This document shows, in pieces, positions 24,801 to 39,800 of a stretch of DNA of 64,000 bases (position 1 is its first letter; every line of letters starts with the position of its first letter). The position numbers and the translations under genes were made by a program. The notes below the pieces were generated by a model. It had not been told where the DNA came from, did no database searches, and saw only the letters and a program-made list of their open reading frames with translations. Origin of the DNA: Phoronis australis (taxonomy: Eukaryota; Animalia; Phoronida); assembly GCA_002633005.1 (NCBI GenBank), contig NMRA01000009.1, positions 1,695,858 to 1,759,857 on the forward strand, given 5' to 3'.

Positions 24801-27800
24801 AGGATTCATTTAACAATGAGGAACACAATACTCTACAAAACTAAAACAAGTAATAAGATGCTAACAATACTGTATACTGGTAACATGTGAGATCAACATC
24901 AGAAACCTGTAATATTTTTATTATTATGAATCTCCCACAGTTATGACACCGTATTGTTACTGAAAATCTGCGTACAGCAGAATTTCATTTTTCCTTGAGA
25001 CAAAGATTTTGAAGGAATGTCGCTCGCCATGGGCAACAGATAGGTTTTGCATTTCCTTTTCTGCATCTATTGAAATTTCATTTTGTCAAATTTCTCAACA
25101 AAAATTGTCTTTGTTTTAGCATGGTTTGTATGGCATAGCTATTAACAAACAACATTTGATAAAATTTTGAGCATGATTTTCAATTATGTTGTAAGCCTTT
25201 GAAAAATAGAAAAATCACAATTTTAACAATTATTTTGCTTCCAAATTGAGGAATTTTTACCGTTAACGAAAGTGATCCCCCATCCCATTTTTAAACCCAT
25301 TTAATCTGAACTGTCACACCAAAAAACACAAAACAATCAAAAAGCAATCCAAAATCTATACCAGAAAATTGAAAAAATGCATCCCATCTCAGCGGGCATG
25401 TTCCCACTGTCCCCTTTACATTGAGTGTCCCCTGGGCTTATTTTACTTACATAATTCATTAAATCAATTCAGGCTAGCATAGGTCCTGTGTTGATTGATG
25501 GGTTCAGAGATGACAGGGTAAGGGTATATCATCTGACTCAACTGTAGCTTTTAGCACTGGACAACAACTACATATGGTCAGAGAACAATTGTAGGCTGTA
25601 ATCCCTCAGTTTGGTGGAATACACATACAATGGTCAAGTGCTAATCACACCTGTCTGACTGTATAGGGTTACTCAGTTGTTGTCAGCTGTCACACTGTGA
25701 CAGGTGGCTAGCATAGCAAATTAAGTGCTAGATTTCACCTTGGGAACCACCTGTGCTGTCTTGATGAAAAATGCCATCTTTCAGCTATCTGGCTGCCTTA
25801 CACAGTACTAAAATAATCCCATGAACTCTGGAAGATAATATCTACATAGTGAATTAAGCTGAGCCATCCTGTGAGATGGTGGGTTAATTGTTGGGTTTTA
25901 TTTTTGTGCTCCTACATACTTGCATACAGAGGTGATGGTATAATGCACCTACATTTAAATATGTGTCACTTTTGTTTTTTCTGAACATTTTCCTTAAAGT
26001 TGATATCTACAAATTTCCTTGAAGGATGTTCATGAAATTTGTTAGATTAAGTGTCTATCATGACTTCTGTGAGCATTTATTTGAAGGAAAATCAAGATTC
26101 ACTTTTCTAATAAAATGCGCATATTTTTATTGGTCACATGTGGGGAAACAAAGTTAGTAAATACAGACTGTTCCTCTTGTCCTGGGAGGTTGGTTAGTAA
26201 TAAGTAATTAAATAGTAAGTGAAGTACTTACTTACCGGTATGCTGCAGGTCCAAGAGATATTCTGAGAACCAAAATTGCAGGATACCGATTTCACTGTAC
26301 GCATTTTCTAAATCTTTACTTGTTAATAAACATGTGCAACATGCATTGTTAGTAACAATGTGTAGATAGATAGTTAGATAGATAAATACATTAATAAATC
26401 GATAAATAGTCCAGTTTTTGCCATTAGGTATAAACAAAATGGTTCCTCTGCATAGCATACAGTTTGAGGACATTAACAAAAATTTGAAAACATTTTATGC
26501 CCATACAGATGCCAATTTTTTTTAAAAAGACTATTTTTGTCTCAGGCAGGAAGTGAACTCTTCATAACTAGTGTCTCTACAAAACAATTATAATTCAAGT
26601 TAATTAAGGTTTGTATAGTCCACACATAATCAACAACTGTATTTGGCATTCTATAATGATTTTTATTCAGTACTACTTTTACCTGTGTGTCTAATTGGAT
26701 TTAATTTCTGACCCAGACTAAAACTTTTATAATCAATCTTGCTGCACTATTTCAAATTTCTAAGTTTACTCAAAGCTTGTAATGCAACTTGTCAATTTTC
26801 TAGTCCCTGGAGTTTCCACTACAGAGCCATTAGGCCTAGACTGAATACACTGTATCTGTTTCACACACCCTGTGAATATATGTCTTCTGTAATCCAAGTA
26901 ATATCTCATACAATTGTGTTCTGACTAGTTGATGCAGAAATACACTAAGCTATATATATCTCCAACAAAACATACCAACAGTAGCATGATCTTAAGATTA
27001 TTAAATATTGTTTAGTATATCTGAGCTGGTATTATGAAAACAACAGACTAAGGTTTTGGTTGGGTGCCTAACAAACCTCCAGGGCTTTGGAATGCAACCA
27101 TCTGCTCACATGACTGACCTTGTCAGGTCAAGTTACTTGTACTGATTTTCCTGTAGTGTGCTGAGGTCAATTTGTGAATGTTTTAGGTATATAATTAGTA
27201 TTTCAGACAAATGTGTATGTTTTCAGCAGTTTCCCTCCATGAAGGCTCATATTACTTGGTACAGAAGTGTCCATAAACATTAGCATGTTATTCTTGGCTT
27301 ATTTGAGTTCTTTAAGCTGGGCTTTTGAAGAAAACACCTCCAATAGGCTCCTAGTTAGTTTATAAACAGAAGCCTCCAGAATTGCATTTCATATTCATTT
27401 GTGGTGTAATTTTCAACAAGGTTCATTCTTAAAAAATCAATATCCTAGTTGCAAATGCCACCAAGTGACACAGTCACAGAATTAAAGTGGTGGGGGAATG
27501 AATTTGAATCATGTTATTGTCTTAAATTCGATGCCGGTTTGTGATGAGGTGATGACAAGCATTAACAGAAATACAATTGTCGTATCTTTGTCTCCATGTT
27601 CCTGACATGGAAGCTATGATTCAGTTGTTAATAATTTACGATTCATTTGCCGTTAAATTTAACACATAGAGGTCAATAGCCTGATACACAAGATATTTTG
27701 TTGCCTGCATCAGGCTAGGCCTACACATTATCCCCATATTTCATAGTCAGTTGCCATGGTAACGATGCAGATGCTGTGGAGTGAATTGCGCTGGCTATTC

Positions 27801-30800
27801 TGCACTATACCAGACCAAAAATAGAATGTTAGACATTTTGGCCAACTAGGCAGTCATTTTTAACTCTTTTGTCAAAGCCTGTGTCATCTCCCATTTTCAT
27901 AATCGTATCATTACATTGTGTCAGTCACTTGAATGGGATGGACACAAACAATTTTATTTTCGAAAAACCAGAACCTGCCATCAATTGAGTCATGTGACCA
28001 TGCCTTTTTAGTAAAATTTTGTACAAATTAGATGGTATATTCATAGCAAAGCAACCATGCTTGAACTTAACCAAATTTAGTTTATGATTACTAAGATGAC
28101 ATCTCAAAAATGTTTTCGTAGTTTGTATTTCATGTATCTATTGAGTTGCTTCATAAAAATCGTACAAGTTTGGTACCATTATACTTAATTGAAACATTTT
28201 AAAAACAAATCCTGAATCCTGGTATTTTGGAGGACAGCTGATGTATGTGGTAAAAATTCACCAGTTTGGGCAGTCTCTGAGATTAGTTTGTACACGGAAA
28301 TTCAAGCAGAAATTGAATTTGAACACTGCATTTGTGTATCAACAGAGTCTGACAATAGATTAAGCAGATTATGAAATCATCAAAAATAGCTGCCATTGCA
28401 ACTTTTTCAAGCATCCTCGCAGTGTGCAATATTGAGGAGAATCATTCCAATTCGCGAATTTGGGACAACCAAAAATGCCTATTTCTAAAATTTGGTACAA
28501 GTTCTGAAGTTGAGCAAAATAATTAATTTTACACTGTTCCAAACTGGAGAATATTTGCCGAGTCATAGTATCTGATAGTTTCACTTGAATCATGTCTGAG
28601 AGTTATGTTACAAAGTTATGTTAAAAAGTTATGTTACAAAGTTATGTTACAAAGTTATGTTACAAAGTTATGCCGAAATTTAACATCTTTCTAACAGTGG
28701 TGACTCATGGTTATTAAGTTGCACATTTTTTTGAAAGAAGTCAAATTGAACAAGTGTCTGGCGGCCGTGATGAGATTGTCTAGAGTTACAGCCTGTTACC
28801 ACAGAGCTTTGTTCTGGAAAATCAAAACACATTTGCACTGTCTATTGAACCTGTCAATTTTATATAGAGATCCTTAAATTACTGAAGTAGAGACGTAATC
28901 AAACGGTCAGCAAGTCAAAGTTTTTTAGTTGACATTTAAAGGAGTCATGATTTCACTAAATAGTTTGTTGATTTTTAAAAATCAAACAACTGAGTAAATT
29001 TTGCTTGCTGAAAAACACTGTTAAGATTATTTTCTCAATAGTTTAGCTTTAAAAGTTTTAAAAATTAGACCCCAGTTGTTTCCCACTGCTTGTGACCAGA
29101 TTAAAGCATGTCTCCCAACTTTGCCAATTAAAGATTGAGCCTGCGGCACAGGACAGATTGGCGCCTAAAGCCTTTAATGTGGGGACTTACCATTTCCCTG
29201 TGGCTTTGGCGTGAAAATGCAGGATTCTTGAATGATAGTAGTTACTCCAGATATATCCCTTGTTGTAGGAGGCAAGATGTGCTTATGTACTGTTGATTAT
29301 GGCGATATACTGGATGTTCGAAGTGGTTCCTTTGGCTGTCACATCACTTCTGCCCATCATCTTGTTTCCACTGCTTGGTATTCTGGGATCAAAAGAAGTT
29401 TGCCAGAACTACATGAAGGTATGTAAATTTCTCAGATGCACTGAAATTTTCATACTATAACTGCCAAGAGGCTTTCCTGTTTGAGTTTTCCTACTAAGTC
29501 ATACCTTAATCTTATTGTTATTAGGTGGTTATGTTTTGAGTTGGAGTTTTGACCTTGGTTATAATTGTAGGATGCCAACGTACTCTTCATGGGGGGTCTG
29601 ATTGTGGCAGTTGCCGTTGAAGATTGGAACCTGCACAAAAGGATCGCTCTAGTTGTTATCAAGTTGGTCGGAACCCAGCCGAGATGGTAAGAAGAGTTAC
29701 TAACAGAATACAAGAAATAAATAAACAAGCATGGGGCAACTACATCATGACTTTAACAATAATTCTTCAATAATTTAGCACATTTCACACAGTTGAAATT
29801 AGTTGGAAAAAAAGTACTTTGTTCCTAAGTTATTTTGCACGAGGCTGCATTGTGTTAATAATGTCTCAGGATAATATTCACCGCTTCATTCGTCCATTTA
29901 AGTGGGATATATCTCATGCTGCTGTAAACATGAGGTGAGGGATGACGTAGGTGACCCAAAAGCATTTGCTCAATAAAGCATTTCACAAACCAATATTAAA
30001 ACAGGATAAAGTAAGTTAATTAGTGATAAATGACTTATGATGACAACCCATAGGTCGCATTTCGGTAAATTCGCCCAAGAACGGCTGGTGATGCGTTTTG
30101 GTCTGTTAATTAAAGTTCAAACTCCCGTCATCCACTAATTATGAGTATACAGTTTATTTCCGACACACCCCAACTATCAAAGAAATATAGTTACCTAATT
30201 TATTTTGTGAGAATTAAATGGCTATACTGTCCCTTACGTTACTGTTACCCAGCACACACACGACACAAAATGCTCAGTGACGCGTAAAGTATGTTCGAAG
30301 CAAACAGCCAAATGCAGTACACACAAATAAAACGAGTTTGCAAAAGAAGCTGCAATTTATTTTCATTGGCTGCCGGAGATGGTGTGCCAAACCCTTACCT
30401 CACCAGCATGCTGGGAGGATTTATGGTAACCTACAAAAAGAAATCCAACAAGTAAAACGTTCACCTCACTACGTTGCTGCGAGGAAAAACTCTCGCAGTT
30501 CATTTTGTTGCAGATGTGAGTTATGAGCTGAACTCATTTGCATTTGAGGGCGCATAACTCTCCGTCTGCAGTGGCTCTGAGCAGTAGTGAATTTCTTCTA
30601 TCATTTATTTGCATTTTAAGATCAGCACAAATACTTTGATGTACTTTATTCTTCTTGCTTCAGGACTGATGATCCTAACTTTGAAAGAAAATTATTCTTC
30701 GGTGGCAAGATTGAAGAATGTCTCTGCATGCATTATTTGGAATAGAACAGAACTATTGAAGTTGACATGTTTTTGTGCTTTTTAATTACCCACATATACA

Positions 30801-33800
30801 TATGTATGTGGTTGTTTATTGTGAATTGTTTGGGCGTCTGGTCGTGTCCAGTGTACTCTGGTGTCCAGACTGCTACATCTCCTAAACCGCCAACAGTTTC
30901 TTAATGAGATGTCTGCGTATGAAGCGGACGATGGGTTTCGAACCATTCCTCCTAGTGTTAATTTTATAGTTTTACGTTTGCCTATGTATCTTCTGATTTC
31001 GCCAATGTGTTTTCATGAAATTTGTAAATGTTCCTTCTGAGATCACAACAATCAGGGCCAGGACTAGGCCTTTTTCTGGAAGAGTGTTTCTGGATGATAT
31101 CTAGAACTACGTGACTGATTTTGATGAAACCACATGGTGATATTTGATGGCAATTACTTTGTCACTAGTTGATTTTTTGATAAATTCAACCTCTGGAGGA
31201 CCCCACAGTGGCCATTTTAATGCTGTGTATGTTTGGAGCTCCGTACTTTCAAGAAATGCCACATGGCAGGCTCTAATTGTTTTTGTGTTATTACCTGGCT
31301 GGAAGAATGTTATTACCTGGCTGTCAGAATAATGCTCCATTGCAGGTTGATGATGGGTTTTATGGGTGTAACGGCGTTCCTGTCCATGTGGATCTCCAAC
31401 ACGGCCACGACAGCCATGATGATTCCCATCGTCTCCGCGGTGATCCTTGAACTTGGCAACAGCATGAGGAAGTCTAACGCCAAGTTTGATGGGGGAAGTA
31501 AGGATTCTTGCAGTTTTAGAGACTAATGATAGCCTTTTGTCTGCTGTTATTAATTGAGCTACAGTTTTGTCAAAGGTCACATGTCCAGTCTGATCGAGCA
31601 AACATGGCTTGTGAAGGCGGTCATTTAAAACTGAGTAATGAAAAACTTGCTTCAATTGCAACATTTCACACAGTGCTGCATTTGCAATAATGAATCAATG
31701 GCTATCGTAGCTGTGACTGCACTTCCGACCTTTGATAAAACGTCCCTCTGATGTGTTGCTCAGTCAGTCATTCAGCTGATACTGGCTGAGGTATTGACAC
31801 CTGGCAATGTGGCCCTCAGTCATTGATGGTTGATTTTGGCCACAGCTCATAGATGGGTCATAGGTCAGTTTTTGTCACATTTTACAGGAATCTGTAATTA
31901 ACTCGGGATTGCGTGCATGGATGTGCAGTATTCATTAAAGCGTTCTGTTGTTCAGTAACTTTTCCAGACGTGAGGGGTGCTGAACGTGCGATAACATCTG
32001 GCTCTCTTGTTAACTGCCCATCTCAGTCTTTTGTTCCGTATGATAACAAGCAGGCCAACTATCTCCCAGGCTTCAAAGGAAACGTATGGTGTTTGCACGA
32101 CGCTATTACCGAACACAGTTAAACCCAATGTGGCGTTGGTAATCCGTTTGGACAGAATAGATTGTCTTAACTTCTGTTGTAATTGCGCGATTTTGGTGAT
32201 TCAAAAACGGAACATGATCAACATTTGACGAGGAATTCAGAAATGCTATTGGTTTAAGCTCAAATATGTTATAACTTAACTTTCATTTTTATCAGCCCAG
32301 CCCAGTCATGCTAGATACGATCTGATCGGAGATTAGAGCAATTATCGAACAAAACAGAGCAGGCACTCCAACCATCAATGCCAGAATGGAGTTAATCAGT
32401 CGTGTAAGATATCAGGCTACGGGGGTAAACTTCCCAATTTGTTGTTGGGCTATAGAATCGAACAAGTTGGGAGCAACGGGATGTCGCCATCATATCATAG
32501 AACTGTAAGGATCCATGCATTGCATGGATATGCAGTATTCAAATAACCTAAGGATCCATGCATGCATGGATATGCAGTATTCATATAACCTAAGGATCCA
32601 TGCATGCATGGATGTGCAGTATTCATAGAACCTAAGGATCCATGCATGCATTCTTTTCCTGTTCTTTCAACAAGCCGCACACAACGGGTTTTACAGATAT
32701 TCATTGTTAAATTCATTTAAGTATCTTTTTATGACTCAGTTTCCAATATGGAGTTCACTGCTGCAGGTTTCTGAATTGAATAATGTTAAAATTCTTGAAA
32801 CCGGAAGTGTGACACAGTGAGCAATCTGAACATGTCAGCTGATCTGAGTTAAAGCTGTCCTTTCACTTCTCTGGGAAATGCGCCGATTTTTCAGTCCCAG
32901 CATTGGTATGCAGTAATTTGCAATTATGCAAGAAACAAGCACTAGGGCTTCAGCTAATATGTGCAACTTGTGACAGCATCACACTTACGGTGTGAAGAAT
33001 TTGATAGTTTTGTCTTTGTTAAATTTACAAAAAGTTTCAAAATATTACAATCCCCTTAAAGGCACTTATGGCAACTTTTCTCTTTTGTACAGTAATAAAT
33101 TGTTTTTCTGCAATATATTTTATTAAAGCATTTTGCATATTGCACAATTTAGCACCCACTGATCTTATATTTTAAATTAGTATTTTTCTTGATTGTGCAA
33201 GATGTATCATGTAGTTTTTTTTATTGTTGTAATATTCTGGGTTCTCACAGTCTTTTCATTATTTTCTTACCACTTGTCAGCCAAAACAGGTAAGGGTGTG
33301 GTTACAGGCTTCCATTAGCATTAGCATTACATTACATTACCAATTATATTACCCATTGTTATCATAGCATCACCGAGGTTGAAGGGAGTCAACAAGCAGC
33401 TTGTACTAATATTTACGCTAGTCAGGTTATCTTCATGCTGTGCACAGAACTCAATAGTGTAATGTTTTAGTAAATAATTTTATCGCAGAAAATACTAGCA
33501 CTTTACATTCCATTTGAGACATTGATTCCTTGCAATGGATGATCAATCCTTTTAAAAAATGCGGTTATGTCATTATGAACAGCCAGTCAAAATGCTTCGA
33601 TTCCTGTGGTAGTCAAAACTTAAGGATTGTCTCGACTAATGTTGATCCAAATGTGGTCACTTAGAAGGCAAAAAAACATGCAGGTGACTTAAGTCTGTAT
33701 CATCAGACCATCGGGCAATAGATTATATGGAAACCAAACTACGCCAGCTGCCATACTTAAAGTTCTATTGTTCAAAAAGCTTAGGATGGATCACTTCAAG

Positions 33801-36800
33801 TTCCTAAGTTGAAGATTCAGTGGTTCTTTTTGACAACAGAATTTGTTAAAGAACTTCCGTAAAGAAGGTGCAAGTGTGTCCAAGAAGCTACATTCCCAGA
33901 TATTAAAACAAGGCAATAAAAGGTCATCTATTTTGTCTGTGAATAAAAGAAAGTAGTTAATGGAAAAATGCACAGTATACAGGAAAATTACCCAAAATGT
34001 GAAATCAACGAGGAAGGAGTCAACAAGGCAGCTCATGCTCATCTTTCTGGGTCATGATTCATTGCACAACAAAACCTGCATGCTGACCAAAACATTTAGT
34101 GAGGTGAACCACCAAATAATTATCTCCCTTGTTAACCTGTTCAGATGTTGCATGCACTTAATTAATGGTGGAACATGTTATCTGTGTTATAGCTTATTGT
34201 TGTTTTTGCCTCTTGTATGTCTTATGACACATCTCAACTGTGAAAGGAAACTCAGCTTTTCGCACTTGGTAAAATTCAAATTTTACTTCTATGAGTTGCT
34301 GCGGTACTTAGGTCTGGGGCTTACTTTCTTTTTGGTAGCCAGTTAACAATTGCTTCAGCATAAACATTTTCTTTATTTTCTGTAACATTTCAAGACAAAT
34401 TGTCAACCTTTATAAAAAAAACGAATATGTAGTGTTAAACAAATGACGTGCTTGAGTACTTTAGGGGGTAATAAGTAGTCTACATAGTACGTGGCTTAGA
34501 ATATTCCAGAAATTTGTAAATCATGTACTTCACGCATCAGGTCTTTTGAAATTGACATGCAAGGTCAGTGAAAGTAGTGCTTTGTGAACCCTGCTCTTAG
34601 AAATACAACTGTGCCAGTTGGACTGTATATCGAAACACAGGGTTTATGGTCCTGGTTGAGATAATGGTTTATTACCCCCTACGGATTCTGAGTAGCCAAG
34701 CCCGGAATGTGTTACTTGTATTCTGGTGGAGCCTTTGGTGATGACGTATTCTTTTCTCCAATACATTGATCCACATGCTTAATTGTGAAGCTGTATGAGT
34801 AGTGAATTTAGGCACACAAGGTTTGAGAAAAACAAAAACTTCAATAGTATGGCATTTGAATTGAAGCACTGAAAAATCAAGGGGGATATTGAGCTGAGCT
34901 TGGGCGACTCTACGTGAAATTTTTTGTGAGGTGATCAAAAGCCCAGTTTGGGTTCAGATATTAAGTTGGATTTACGAAAGACATTTGCACTGTAAGAATT
35001 AATTTTGAATTCAAGATCGACTGTGTAGCGAATGTTCTGTTTTTAAATTGCAGGCAAGAAGGTTGCATGTGCGTTGAGTGATATAAAGTCACGGTGCTTT
35101 TAGGAATTTAAAACTCCATTTGCTTTAAATTGAGGGTGGGGGCATATCTGAGCATGGGGGGTTTAAAGGTGAAAACTTTGGGAAATTTGGGGATGTTAAC
35201 CAAATGAAAACAGTACACGAAAAACAGAGATTTACCTATGCAAGCACACCTTCCTCTGTCTACAAGTGAAGATTGAAGGAGTACATGTATCTAGGTATTA
35301 CAGTATTACTTTTGTAGGGAAAAACAAATATGCCACCTATGAAGCACTTGAGCAAAAATGCTTTATTTCAAAGCCCAAAGTCGGATGCACATTTTTCTTG
35401 ATGAAGCAACATATTTATTTCAACATTTTTGTTCTATGGAATCTAAACAGTAGACAATCACAAGGCAGCTTGTGCACTTAAAGTAATTCAAGCTTTAATT
35501 AGTGTTGGGTGAAGTGCCAGTCATATAAATCTTGGTTAAGAGGTAAATTTAGGTCTAAGCAGTGTAGTAACCATAACAACAGGTCTTCCAGGTGAAAAGG
35601 TTGAACCAGCCACAGGGGAGGGTGAGTCATGCTTGTCACAGTTAAGCCAGGCTGGACTTTCAACCAACTCAATTACTGTCCTATTTCATTGACTTCAAGT
35701 AATTGCCCAACTGTAAACCTAAAACCTGCGCATTTGTGATATTGACAGTGGTACAGTCATCCAGCCCTGTGTTTGTGACTTCAAAGGTGAAATTCTTAGT
35801 CAAATATGAATGCTGATAAAATGAACAGTTTTGCTATCTTTTCACTTGTGGTGCCACAATGAAGTCAGACCAGGAGCCTTTGTTGCAGGACTTTTCATAA
35901 AGCGTGGTTGTTTTTCTCTAGCTTGTATTAAGTAAATGCTTTGTTCTGCCATTTTGTGAAAAGTTCTTTGACCCCTCCTTGCACATTTGTTTACCAAGGA
36001 TGAAGATACAGTAGCTTTTGTTTGGTTACATCACGTGGTATTACACGTCTGCAGATTTTTCCTGACCTCTGAAATCTATTGCACAAATATAAAAATTTGT
36101 GAAATTTAAGCAACTAAAAATTTCTGGAAAATACTCGGCAAGAAATTCCACAAAAAGACTACTGAGCAGGCCTTTAATGCTTTGATCAATTTTGTGTTTT
36201 ATAAAGTCTGACCAGATTTTGTGTGTCCATGTAATCATTTGGCAGGTTGAGGTCAAAAGGTCAAAAGGTCAGGTACCAAGCTCAATTTACAGAGTATAAG
36301 TCATTGACCACAAATTTCCCAAGATAGAGCAGGATGTGGACTTCATGGCTGTGGTTGATAAGAACATTTTCAAATGCAACCGATGACAACAGACTGCCTT
36401 AGTAATGTGTTGGCTGTTCGTTGTCAACTGACATGATAGCCAGTTCTTTATTGTGCATGTCTATAGCCAAGTTCATTTTGAATGTTGTTTCACCTTCATC
36501 AGTGTGTGTGTGTGTTACTGCATGCATGCACATTGTTTGCAGTAAAAATTCTTCAAAATTAACCTTTTCTTCAGGTCGGAGACGGCCCCAAATATTGGAA
36601 ACTTGCACTGTAGTCTGCCCCAATTGCAAAGTCATATGATTTCCAAAATTCGATGAGTAATTGTCAAAAATATTAAATTTCCAATCGATAAATTAGCAGA
36701 AAATTGTAACGTCTACAAAGGGAGAAACAGAATCCGCACACATTTCGTTTTTTGTAAAAAATCAATTTTATCGTGAGTTCCTATATCCCAAATTGAAGAA

Positions 36801-39800
36801 AATACCTCTGAAGAATTTTTATTGTATTACCTAGCATGAGTGAAGAGTACATCATCTGATTGATGCCTACACAGGGTTGGAAATAATAGGTTGACAGCTG
36901 TCAAGTCTTATTTTTGCTGTTAACTCAGTGAAGTATTCATAGTTATTCAGCAACAGTTTTTAAAAACAGATTACAATTCTATGAAATTTATTCATCTTAA
37001 TATTCTCACCTAAAAATTTGTTATCATTTAAGATTGCAAATCTTTGTCAATGAGATTATGTTGTTTGAGTTATCAATTGGTTACATTTTCATTGCGAAGT
37101 AACGTGTTTATTAATAAGTTCCCATTATTTTTCTGTTCTGGCAATATCCGTAACAGCGCTGCACTTCATTGAGTAGTACTGTGGGTACTGTTGTAAAGAC
37201 ACGTCACTTTAGTTTGATTTGCAGAGCTGCTCAAGCAAAACACGGAAGCCATTTTGTTGGACGACATTAATGAGAAGGAAGAAACTGAGGACACCGAAGA
37301 GGCGGCAGACGCAAAAGAACCCGTACGGCTTGCCATCGCAGAGGACGATGATGACGTGGAGGAAGAAGTGAATAATGGCGATCTGCCCAAAGTGGGATTC
37401 AAGCAGCGAGTGTGAGTTAAGAATGTTAACTGTTGAAGCATGCGATGCATGAGTCATGTGAGGTTTGCAACATTATACCACTGGGCACGGCATTGGCAGT
37501 CTGCCAGTGGAAACATTTGAATTTCAACCAGACGGTGGCTATTGCATACACGGCTTAATGTTTCCAGTTTTATTGGTACTCAAGTAATGTAGGTTTAATA
37601 ATGGAGTGCCATTTAAATAACATTACCACATGGTTTATTCTTTTAGTATACAACTAAACCACATTAAGAAGAACAACACACGGTGACCAAATTAGATGTC
37701 AACTAGCTTGTAAGACGGCGTTTATAGCCTAATCATCTCGAACTACTTTATTCGAGGTGTAGCACGCTAACCGTAAAAACTGTGATATTTGGTTGATGAA
37801 ACACGTGTCGTACTACAGCAACTTCAAAATCAATGAGAAAATTTAAGAAATAAGTGAGGTGGGTTGGTGGTCCATAGCTGACTTCTAAGTTTCACTCGGA
37901 CAATCAAAATCTGCCACAGCTTAGGCACTCGAAAAAAATCAGAAGATGACCCAGCAGGAAACAAAACAAAGTAGGCTGGAGTATTAAAAGTAAAGTGACA
38001 AAAAAGTTATGACCATGCAAAACCAATGATCATTTGGGAAATGGCCCTTTGTCAAAATGAACTCCGGTTACCATTTTTAGTTATTTTGTAATATCTAAAA
38101 TGTCATCAAACACATACATTCGACTTTTCAGGCTGTAACTCTGTGCAAATGTCAGAAAATTAATTTCGGTGTAATAACCACCACAGGAGCGTTCATGATA
38201 ACAGTTCAAACTGGTCAGCTGGGTTACCTTTTTTGATTTCCTAGATCTTCGGAGACCTCTCGTCTCCTTCGATGGGATGTTGGCTATCATGCGAACTCTG
38301 GCCACATGGATCTCAAAACTGCCTCTATTCTCTTCAATGTTCCAGGACAAGGACAATTTAAATCTGGCGCCACCTAGTTAGTTGAGAGAAGACTGTAAGG
38401 CTGTGATATAAATTATCTCCTACACATCTCTCTCAAACCAATTCTTTTCTATGCAGCACAGGATCTCAACATTTTCATTACTAAACTCATGAGTGTGTTC
38501 ATGTGGGTGATTATACACAGCTGATGAAATTCCTTTCCCCGCAGCCCAGTGAACATTCCTGGATGGCTCAAGTTCTACATTTTATTATAGCAACCACAAC
38601 TGATGAGAAAGTAGTGCTAGCCATTACCTTTCCACTTCATTAGCTTGAATACAAAGGGCGTGCTGAACAGGCATTATAAAAGTTGTCTGGGGCAAAGGAA
38701 TCTCAGCGGTGACCAGTGTAATCGAGAAATTCTCCACATCACCTGAAAAATAGTGTCCTTAACAGAGAAAACGAAAATCAATCGAATGCACAATGGATCG
38801 CCGTTCAAAAAGCGTCAGAAGATCAGGTAGTGAACAACATATCCAACAATAATGCACTTGTCAACCCGTTGGAGGCGCCACATTCTGGTGAAGACCAGCA
38901 CCTGCAGGTGTTTGACTATGCGTGTACTGAGGCAGCGCGGGTCCATGATGACCACTGCGCATTCATCTCGTGCACTGACGGCACACGAGTGTCCATTGTT
39001 GAAGTGGACTTCGCAGAGAGAAAGCGGTAACATTGGACATTACTGAAACTTTCTGTTACCGTTGCTCTTTTTTGTTCTGTTTTATATTCCATTTTATTGT
39101 TAACTGACTTGTTGGCACAAGTGGCCTTGGTTCTGACTTCAACATGGCTACCAAAGTCAAAACTGACCACACTTTACCAAAAGATGGGTCCATATTATCA
39201 TACAAAAAAATCCAAAACACTTAACTAGCTCTGCAATTGATTTTGTGCATCCTGCTGACAGGTCCATCACAATAATTGGCTAGCAACAAATTGTATTCTG
39301 CAGCAACCAATTACCTTGGCCAGCCGAGCTCAGTGAGCCCAGCCCACCAATTCTTTAAGGGTGATAATGAACGAACCACAGATGAGGTGTACAAATCTTG
39401 CCCTGGAATTTACCAGCAATGGGTGCAGAATGCTGATGAAATGCTGTATTTTCTGAGTTTACTGCAAGAGCCCCAGCTATGTCAAAATCAAATGTCTGGA
39501 GGTTTTGGATTGTGGAAAAAAATATGTGGAGGATTTTGTGTGTAGACTTGTTGTTTGCTAATTGTATGACTGAGAATGTTTTGAACTGCATCTGTGCAGA
39601 CTACAGCTCAGTATTGTAATTAATTATTAATTAATTTTAATTTTTCTCCGATGTATCTATCTGTGCTTCAGATCATTGGTCACGACCGATCCAGAAAAAG
39701 AGAAGGAGTTTGAGAACATGTGCAAAGCGCTAACCATATGTATCGCATTCGCAGCCAATATTGGTGGCACGGGAACATTGACTGGAACGCCCCCTAATCT

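Noticed and set aside
31107-31664. 185-aa minus-strand ORF
   Set aside because: Antisense shadow of the SLC13 exon 31346-31497; no recognisable motifs.
38757-38765. TCCTTAAC U12 branch consensus before an SLC13 exon
   Set aside because: It is immediately adjacent to the AG, and the upstream donor is U2-type gtgagt.
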